A stretch of 64,000 nt of DNA. Origin: Spirochaetia bacterium (GTDB lineage Bacteria > Spirochaetota > Spirochaetia > DSM-2461). Positions 57,609 to 64,000 of the stretch are shown one piece after another. Made by a program: the position numbers and the translations under genes. Location of the stretch: NCBI GenBank assembly GCA_963668315.1, contig OY764216.1:1440001-1504000 (forward strand), in the 5' to 3' direction. The notes under the pieces are model-generated. The model was not told the DNA's origin. It worked only from the letters and a program-made list of their open reading frames with translations, and did not search any database. Numbering within the stretch: position 1 is the stretch's first letter; every line of letters begins with the position of its first letter.

Positions 57609-57718
57609 ATAAAAAAGCGCTTGACTTTATAGGGTAAATCCCATGACAATATGCTGCCCCCGAGAGAGAAAAGTCCTCTTTTTCGGGGCCGCATATTTGT
57701 AAAATACCGAGGGTTTTC

Positions 57719-57922
57719 ATGGCTGAGTGTGAGTATGTAGGGGACTGTCCCTTCTATAACGGGGACAACGATGAAGAAGTAAAAAACAAGTACTGCAGGG
57801 GCAATAATCTTAATTGCGCCTGTTATATGATCTATAGCTCCTGCGGGAAAGATAAGATTCCCGCCGATTTACAGCCTGATCAGAAAACCGAAGCCTATCT
57901 GATCATCGCCCAGGAATCCTAG
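57719..57922 (+). CDS. Small Cys-rich hypothetical protein (67 aa)
   Basis: ECE..GDCPFYN...KYCRGN..NCACYM...P.DL.P; own promoter TTGACT-18-GACAAT. Confidence 0.7.
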   Translation: MAECEYVGDCPFYNGDNDEEVKNKYCRGNNLNCACYMIYSSCGKDKIPADLQPDQKTEAYLIIAQES

Positions 57923-57939
57923 GCGCATAACCTTTCTGT

Positions 57940-58254
57940 CTACTCCAGTCGGAAAACTTCCCTTAAAGGTATGGTCACCGGTGAATTATCCTCGTTCGTA
58001 TCCATGATGTCGGCCATATAAGCCCACCATTTCTGCACGATGGGGTCTGTCCCCAGGTCCTGGGAACCGGCATCCCCGGCAATCTTCTGAACACCGAAGA
58101 GGGTGTTCGTTTCTTCATCCAGAAAAATCGAGTAATCGGATACGCCGGATTTCTTGATCAGGGCGGATAATTCCGGCCAGATCTCATCGTGCCGTTTCTG
58201 GTACTCATCGGCATATCCCGGCTTCAGTTTCATTTTAAAGGCAAATCTTTTCAT
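57940..58254 (-). CDS. rhaM: L-rhamnose mutarotase
   Basis: AFKMKLKPG..DEYQKRHDEIWPEL, DYSIFLD, KWWAYMADIM, NSP, EVF. Confidence 0.93.
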   Translation of the reverse strand: MKRFAFKMKLKPGYADEYQKRHDEIWPELSALIKKSGVSDYSIFLDEETNTLFGVQKIAGDAGSQDLGTDPIVQKWWAYMADIMDTNEDNSPVTIPLREVFRLE

Positions 58255-58289
58255 TTCTCTCTCCCTAAGGCACGGATGCTGATTCCTGT

Positions 58290-58331
58290 AAAAAAAACAC
58301 CCGCGGAATCCTGCAGGAGGTTCCGCGGGCG
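58290..58331 (-). terminator. Terminator-like hairpin between rhaQ and rhaM
   Basis: CCCGCGGAA..TTCCGCGGG stem followed by a T8 tract on the minus strand. Confidence 0.7.
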
Positions 58332-58337
58332 GGAGAA

Positions 58338-59375
58338 TCAGGTCCTCTGCTGCTTTTTCAGTTTACGCCAGGATTTGAGCATGTTCAACAGCTCCGGGAT
58401 CAATACGGCCCCGATAAGGAGGAATCCGGTCGTAATGATCATGATCTTGGCCGAAAGGTTAAGAAGACCCATGCCGAACTTGAGGTAGCCGAGGAGGAAC
58501 ACGGCAATAATGACACCTACGATATTTCCCTTTCCTCCGGTAATGGAAACACCGCCCAGAACGACAAGGGTGATGGCTTCCATTTCATAACCGGTGGCGA
58601 TATTGGGTCTGGTACTGCCGATGCGCGATGTCAGAAGGACGGCCGCTATTCCGGCGAAGAGTCCGTTCAGAGCCATGTTGATAAACCGGATCTTGCTGAC
58701 GGGAACACCGGAAAACCGGGCGGCGGTAATACTGTTGCCCACGGCATAGACCTTGCGCCCGTAAGTGGTCTTGTGAAGGACAAATCCCATGATGACCGCC
58801 AGGATGAGGAAGAGAACCAGCTCGAAGGGAATAAGGGTCTCCCCCACGTATCCCTGCCCGAAATAGCCGAAACTTTCCGGGTAGTGAGTGAAAGCCTGGT
58901 CTTCCAGAATCGCCTGGGAAATCCCCCTGAAAAGGGAGGAGCTTCCCAGAGTCACGGCAATGGCGGGTATTTTAAGGCCCGTCACCATTAAACCGTTGAT
59001 AATGCCGCACAGCAGACCAACGGCCAGGCCGATCAATACGATGGCCGGGGTATCGGCGCCGTGGGAGGAGGCAAAGCCCATGGAGAAGGAGGAGAGGGCT
59101 AAAATCGATGCTACGGAGATATCGATATCGCCGCACATGATGACGAAGATCATGGGCAGGGCCAGAATAGCCTTCTCCATAAAATTGAAGGTGGTGTTCA
59201 TCATGTTGAAGTAATCCAGAAAATAGGGGCTGGCATTCGAGAAAAAGACCGCCACTGCTAAAAAAAGGATGACCAGAATGAATTCCCACCGGGTAACCAG
59301 GTCAATAATCCGTTCCTTAAGACTTGTTTCGTTGATCAGCCGTTTCTGACTGACATGTTCCATTGAACTGCTCAT
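58338..59375 (-). CDS. rhaQ: Rhamnose ABC permease
   Basis: RWE, GDIDISVAS, HKTTYGR, SRIGSTRPNIA.G.E; CUT2 permease in rha context. Confidence 0.82.
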   Translation of the reverse strand: MSSSMEHVSQKRLINETSLKERIIDLVTRWEFILVILFLAVAVFFSNASPYFLDYFNMMNTTFNFMEKAILALPMIFVIMCGDIDISVASILALSSFSMGFASSHGADTPAIVLIGLAVGLLCGIINGLMVTGLKIPAIAVTLGSSSLFRGISQAILEDQAFTHYPESFGYFGQGYVGETLIPFELVLFLILAVIMGFVLHKTTYGRKVYAVGNSITAARFSGVPVSKIRFINMALNGLFAGIAAVLLTSRIGSTRPNIATGYEMEAITLVVLGGVSITGGKGNIVGVIIAVFLLGYLKFGMGLLNLSAKIMIITTGFLLIGAVLIPELLNMLKSWRKLKKQQRT

Positions 59376-60361
59376 TAGCCTCTCCTCGCTGCCAGTAATT
59401 TTCTATCGTTGCGCTGTTCCATCAAGGCGTTGGCCGTAATGGCGGCCAGAACGACGAATCCCTGTATTCCCACCTGAAAGAAAGGGGAAAGGTTGACTAC
59501 GGGCAGGGCGTTGTTGATAATGCCCAGGAAAAGAGCTCCCAGAAGCACGCCGGTAAGGGTTCCGGCGCCGCCGGCCAGGCTGACTCCCCCCAGTACGCAG
59601 GCGGCTACGGTCTGGAGCTCGAAACCGGTGGCCGTTTCATTTACCGCCGCCGCATAACGGGCCGTCCACATGACGCCGGCCAGACCGCAGAGAGCACCGC
59701 AGATGGTGAATACCATGAAATTGACCTTCTTTTCGCTTACGCCCACAAAGTGGGCGGCCGTCTTGTTGCCGCCTATGGCGTAAATCTCCCGTCCGGACCT
59801 TGTGTAGCGGATGAAGTAATACATGATGGCGAATACCACAATCGCCCATACTGTCAGGTTGGGGATGAGAAGCAGACGTCCCTTGGGAATATTCATGTAA
59901 GCTTCGGTCATCTCATGGGCGGTGACCCACTGCCCCTTGCTCATGACGAAGGTAAAACCCCTGAAAATGCTCATGGTACCCAGAGTCGTAATGACCGGGG
60001 GAACCTTTCCGAAGGCCACACAGGCGCCGTTGAAAGCTCCCAGCAGGGTGCCGATCAGTATGCCCGAGAGGATCAGGATGAAGATGGGGATGCTCGGGTT
60101 GTACTGATTCATCATGGATACGGCCATGCCGGAAAAGGCAATGGTGGAGCCCACGGAGAGGTCGATGCCTCCCGTCAGGATAACCAGGAGCTGTCCCGAG
60201 GCAACCATGATCAGAATCGCCGTATCGTTGATAATTCGTTCTATGTTCTTCGGGGCCAGGAAAGAGGGGGCCCTGAGGGTGACGATGATCAGAAGCACCA
60301 CCGTCAACATGACCAGGTTCATCTCCCGGTTCTGAAGGATTTTTTTGACTTTCTCATTCAT
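59375..60361 (-). CDS. rhaP: Rhamnose ABC permease
   Basis: GGIDLSVGS, TLGTMSIFRG, WV.AH, ARYA.A...A.GFEL. Confidence 0.82.
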   Translation of the reverse strand: MNEKVKKILQNREMNLVMLTVVLLIIVTLRAPSFLAPKNIERIINDTAILIMVASGQLLVILTGGIDLSVGSTIAFSGMAVSMMNQYNPSIPIFILILSGILIGTLLGAFNGACVAFGKVPPVITTLGTMSIFRGFTFVMSKGQWVTAHEMTEAYMNIPKGRLLLIPNLTVWAIVVFAIMYYFIRYTRSGREIYAIGGNKTAAHFVGVSEKKVNFMVFTICGALCGLAGVMWTARYAAAVNETATGFELQTVAACVLGGVSLAGGAGTLTGVLLGALFLGIINNALPVVNLSPFFQVGIQGFVVLAAITANALMEQRNDRKLLAARRG

Positions 60362-61857
60362 GCTGTTTCTCCATGACCGGTAGCGGCCAGAATGATCTTA
60401 TCGCTGTCCGCGTCATCCCTGTTGATAATGGCCGTGACGCTTCCCTCGTGCATAACCACGATCCGGTCCGACATTCCCAGAATCTCGGGAAGTTCGGAGG
60501 ATACCATGATGACGGCCAGGCCCCGGGAGGCCATTTCGGAAATAAACTCGTGGACCGCGGCTTTGGTGGCCACATCAATACCCTTGGTCGGCTCGTCGAG
60601 AATCAGGATATCCGGATCCGTGGCCAGCCATTTGGCCAGTACCACCTTCTGCTGGTTACCGCCGGAGAGGGTATTGGCATTCACTTTCCAGCTTGCCGCT
60701 TTGATTTCCATTTTATTCCCGAACTCCTCGGTCACTTCCTTTTCCTTGCGGGAATTGAGAACACCGAAGGCGCTGAGTCCGTCGATCTGGGGCAGTGTGA
60801 TATTGTGGGAAAGGCTCATTTCCAGAATGGCCCCCTGTTCCTGCCTGTCCTCGGGGACATAGGCGATTCCGTTTCTCATGGCCAGTCCGGGGGAACTGAT
60901 CTCCATGGTTTCCCCTTTCAGCTTAATCGTTCCCGCCGATTTTTTGTCTATGCCGAATATGGTCCGCATCACCTCTGACCGTCCGGCTCCCACCAGCCCG
61001 AAAAATCCCAGGATCTCCCCCTTGTGAAGGTTAAAGGAGACATTGCTGAAGTATCCGGGGGAAGCCAGATTTTCCACTTCCAGGATGGATTCTTTGATGT
61101 GGGAATCTTTTTTGGGATACATCTGATTGAGGGAGCGGCCCACCATCATTTTCACGATTTCGTCTATGGAGGACTGGGGTACTTCCCCCTCGCCGATATA
61201 CTGGCCGTCCCGGAAGACGGTGAAGTAATCGCATATCTCAAAAATCTCTTCAAATTTATGGGAAATAAAAACGATGGCTTTTCCGTCGTTTTTCAACTGT
61301 CTGATGATTTTATACAGCTCTTCCACCTCTTTCAGGGAAAGGGCCGATGTGGGTTCGTCCATAATCACCACTTCCGCATCGACCGAAAGGGCTTTGGCTA
61401 TCTCCACCATGTGCCTCTGGGCAGTTCCCAGGTTTTTTATCAGGGAATCGGGGGAAAAATCGAGTTCCAGTCTTTTCAGAAGCTCCTCGGTGTGGTCCCG
61501 CATGGCTTTCCAGTCCAGCATGCCCGATTTTTTCTTCAGATGGTGGCCCATGAAAATGTTTTCCGTAACGGTCAGTTCGGCGAACATGGAGGCTTCCTGA
61601 TGTATGGCTACGACACCGGCGGACTGTGCTTCATGGGATGTTTTAAACTGCACCGGTTCCCCGTTTCTCAATATGGTGCCCTTGGTAGGCTGATAGACGC
61701 CGGTCATTATCTTGACCAGAGTGGACTTACCCGCTCCGTTTTCACCGATCAGGGCATGAACTTCTCCCGTCCGGATTGTGAAATCCACATTATCCAGAGC
61801 TTTGATGCCGGGGAAGTATTTGGCTATGTCTTTTAATTCAAGTACTGTTTTTTTCAA
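60358..61857 (-). CDS. rhaT: Rhamnose ABC ATP-binding protein (two-domain CUT2 ATPase)
   Basis: GENGAGKSTL, MDEPTS, PEDR, LSGGNQQKV, DEPTKGID; TTG start. Confidence 0.85.
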   Translation of the reverse strand: MKKTVLELKDIAKYFPGIKALDNVDFTIRTGEVHALIGENGAGKSTLVKIMTGVYQPTKGTILRNGEPVQFKTSHEAQSAGVVAIHQEASMFAELTVTENIFMGHHLKKKSGMLDWKAMRDHTEELLKRLELDFSPDSLIKNLGTAQRHMVEIAKALSVDAEVVIMDEPTSALSLKEVEELYKIIRQLKNDGKAIVFISHKFEEIFEICDYFTVFRDGQYIGEGEVPQSSIDEIVKMMVGRSLNQMYPKKDSHIKESILEVENLASPGYFSNVSFNLHKGEILGFFGLVGAGRSEVMRTIFGIDKKSAGTIKLKGETMEISSPGLAMRNGIAYVPEDRQEQGAILEMSLSHNITLPQIDGLSAFGVLNSRKEKEVTEEFGNKMEIKAASWKVNANTLSGGNQQKVVLAKWLATDPDILILDEPTKGIDVATKAAVHEFISEMASRGLAVIMVSSELPEILGMSDRIVVMHEGSVTAIINRDDADSDKIILAATGHGETA

Positions 61858-61914
61858 AACATTATTCTCCCTGTGTTCCAGGTTTTTTCCGTAGATAGAT
61901 AGTATTGGGAAGGT

Positions 61915-61942
61915 AAAACCGGGGAAGGCTCACCTTCCCCGG
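61915..61942 (-). terminator. Stem-loop after the binding-protein gene
   Basis: CCGGGGAAGG-tgag-CCTTCCCCGG then TTTT on the minus strand. Confidence 0.65.
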
Positions 61943-61955
61943 AAAAGGAAATAAC

Positions 61956-62972
61956 TTAGAAGATGCTCGCGTACTGAGCGATATTGTCTTTATTGAATAC
62001 GAAGGGTTCGCCCATGATGGTTTCACCGTCGGGACCGATGGTGATGGTTCCCATTCTTCCGGCGTCAACTTTGTCACCGGCTTTTCCGTCGATATCGCCG
62101 GCGATCATTCTGGCCAGGATATAGGTGGAGGAGTAGCCCAGGTCAACGGGATTCCAGAGAGCCATCTGGCCGCAGGTTCCGTTTTCGATGTAGTGCTGCA
62201 TTTCGGAGGGGAGGCCCAGACCTGTGATCTGAACTTTGCCCTTGAGGCCTTCGTCTTCGATAGCCTTGGAGGCTGCCAGAACGCCTACCGTGGTGGGGGA
62301 GATGATACCGGCAAGGTCGGGGTATTTCTCGAAGAGACCGACGGCCTCGCGGTAGCTCTTGTCAGCGGCGTCATCGCCGTAAACTACGTCCACCAGTTCC
62401 ATGTCTTTGTACTCGGGGGCCTTGATGGCTTCTTTCATCACGGCGATCCAGGCATTCTGGTTGGTAGCCTGTGCTGTGGCGGAAAGAATGGCAATCTTGC
62501 CTTTGTAGTCGCAGAGTTCGGCGATCAGTTTGATCTGCTGGGAACCGATCAGGTTTGTATCGGAAGGAGCCAGAGCCACTTCGCGGCCGCCGGTTGAGAT
62601 ATTGGAGTCAAAGGACATTACCCGGATACCGGCCTTCATGGCTTTTTTGGTTACCGGAATAAGAGCGTCGGGATCGTTGGCGGAAATGGCGATACCATCC
62701 ACTTTCTGAGCGATCAGGGTTTCGATAATTTCGATCTGGCCCTCTGCCGTGGCGGAACTGGGGCCCATATAGATGGATTCTACATTACCGAGCTCTTCAG
62801 CTGCTTCCACGCCACCGTCTGCCACGGCTTCAAAAAATCCGTTTCCCAGACTCTTTACCAGCAGGACGATCTTGGTTTTGCCTTCGTCAGCCGAATCGTT
62901 TGATCCGTTGGCGAAAGAAAAACCAGTAACCAGAGCCAAAAGCAGCATGGTAATGATAACTTTGTTTTTCAT
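61956..62972 (-). CDS. rhaS: Rhamnose ABC substrate-binding protein
   Basis: VKSLGNGFF, TAEGQIE, SANDPDAL, ATNQNAWI, YGDD..DKSYREA, LWNP.DLGY (transporter RhaS, not the AraC RhaS). Confidence 0.87.
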   Translation of the reverse strand: MKNKVIITMLLLALVTGFSFANGSNDSADEGKTKIVLLVKSLGNGFFEAVADGGVEAAEELGNVESIYMGPSSATAEGQIEIIETLIAQKVDGIAISANDPDALIPVTKKAMKAGIRVMSFDSNISTGGREVALAPSDTNLIGSQQIKLIAELCDYKGKIAILSATAQATNQNAWIAVMKEAIKAPEYKDMELVDVVYGDDAADKSYREAVGLFEKYPDLAGIISPTTVGVLAASKAIEDEGLKGKVQITGLGLPSEMQHYIENGTCGQMALWNPVDLGYSSTYILARMIAGDIDGKAGDKVDAGRMGTITIGPDGETIMGEPFVFNKDNIAQYASIF

Positions 62973-63065
62973 AAAAAAAACTCCTTAAAGAATTAATCTA
63001 AATTCAGCATAGCACTGATTTTTCCAAGGACCCTAGGGAGAAAAACTATGAAAAGGGGCGGAAAA

Positions 63066-63836
63066 CTACGATCGGTATCGTTTCATGTAATCGGTGGGGC
63101 TTATTCCCGTTTCCTGACGGAACAGACCGGAGAAATAGCGGCTGCTGCTGTATCCCACCCGGGCGGCTATCTCCTTGACCGTCATGGCGCTTACCGAGAG
63201 CAGAGCCTTGGCTTTCTGGATGCGCAGATCGGTCAGGTAGCGGGTGAATTTCATGCCCGTCTGCTCATGGAATACGGTGCTCAGGTAGTTGGGCGTCACC
63301 CGGAGCTGATCGGCTACCTGGGCTATGCCTATCTCCCTGTCGTACTGCTCCTCTATGAGTTTTTTCGCCCTCTCGGCCAGGAGGGCGGAGCGGTTGTCCA
63401 CGCTGTTGTCCCTTTCATCCGGTTCGAAGGGAAGGGTCTCCCCGCTGTCCCTGCTTTTTCTTTCTCCGGCTAACTGAACCAGAGCCTGTTCCAGGGCATC
63501 CTGCAGCTCCTCGGGGGAGGGGGGCTTGAGAAGATAGTCAAGCACGTTCAGGCGGAGGGCCTTCCGTGCGTAGTTGAAATCGGAATGGCCGGTCAGGATT
63601 ATCCAGACCGAGTCTTCCCTCTCCCCGGCCAGTTCCTCCAGGGCTTCCAGGCCGCTTATCCCCGGCATGCGTATATCGGCCAGGACAATCTGGGGGGCGT
63701 CCCGGCGGAAGCGGGCCATGAGTTCCGTCCCGTTTTCCGCCTCGATCACCTCATCAATGGGAAGGGAGAATTCGGATATCATGTCCTTAACGGTAAAGCG
63801 GATCAACTCTTCGTCATCGGCAATGAGCAGGGTCAT
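63066..63836 (-). CDS. Response regulator with AraC output (YesN-like)
   Basis: IADDE, DIRMPG, F.YA..AL...DYLLKP; TPNYLS, VGY....YFS. Confidence 0.92.
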   Translation of the reverse strand: MTLLIADDEELIRFTVKDMISEFSLPIDEVIEAENGTELMARFRRDAPQIVLADIRMPGISGLEALEELAGEREDSVWIILTGHSDFNYARKALRLNVLDYLLKPPSPEELQDALEQALVQLAGERKSRDSGETLPFEPDERDNSVDNRSALLAERAKKLIEEQYDREIGIAQVADQLRVTPNYLSTVFHEQTGMKFTRYLTDLRIQKAKALLSVSAMTVKEIAARVGYSSSRYFSGLFRQETGISPTDYMKRYRS

Positions 63837-64000
63837 AGGTCTTCCTTTTCAATCAGGGTTATGATTATGGATGTTCCCTTTCCCGGCGAGCTGTTCAGCA
63901 CCAGGTCGGAACCGGGGAAGGTCATCTTGAGCCTTTCCGTCACATTCCTGAGGCCTACGTGAGATTCGGTTTTTTTCGGATCAAACCCGACGCCCCCGTC
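63833..64000 (-). CDS. Sensor histidine kinase, YesM-like, C-terminal fragment
   Basis: Hand translation DGGVGFDP...HVGLRNVTERLK...SSPGKGTSIIITL...*; ATGA overlap with the response regulator. Confidence 0.85.
   Translation of the reverse strand, partial: DGGVGFDPKKTESHVGLRNVTERLKMTFPGSDLVLNSSPGKGTSIIITLIEKEDL

Overview
Chromosomal window from a free-living, anaerobic, saccharolytic spirochaete (inferred from the spirochaete/mitochondrial-type EF-G1, the flgM neighbourhood, spirochaete-style 'FANG' signal peptides and HydG). It contains a trp cluster (trpE-trpGD-trpCF-trpB // trpA), a MerR/hydrolase pair, a Cache-PAS-GGDEF-EAL protein, fusA with a linked P-loop ATPase, plsC-rsmI-flgM, two paralogous three-gene ABC-2 exporter clusters, melA, hydG, uidA, a YcjNOP-like sugar ABC locus, an MCP, pepN, fucU and a rhamnose ABC/rhaM locus. 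I saw no rRNA, tRNA, CRISPR array, transposase or prophage gene. The most interesting features are: (1) a locally duplicated sugar-ABC permease pair with altered EAA loops, translationally coupled to an intramembrane-sensing two-component system (a candidate 'sensory permease' module); (2) an unannotated 31-codon leader peptide with terminator/antiterminator controlling an ABC exporter; (3) a promoter-bearing sRNA candidate upstream of fusA; (4) a structured hydG leader; (5) a 52% acidic microprotein paired with an LRR protein; (6) at least six apparently leaderless genes; (7) a MazG-like pseudogene with an internal deletion. All family assignments are from motif recognition by eye; no searches were run.
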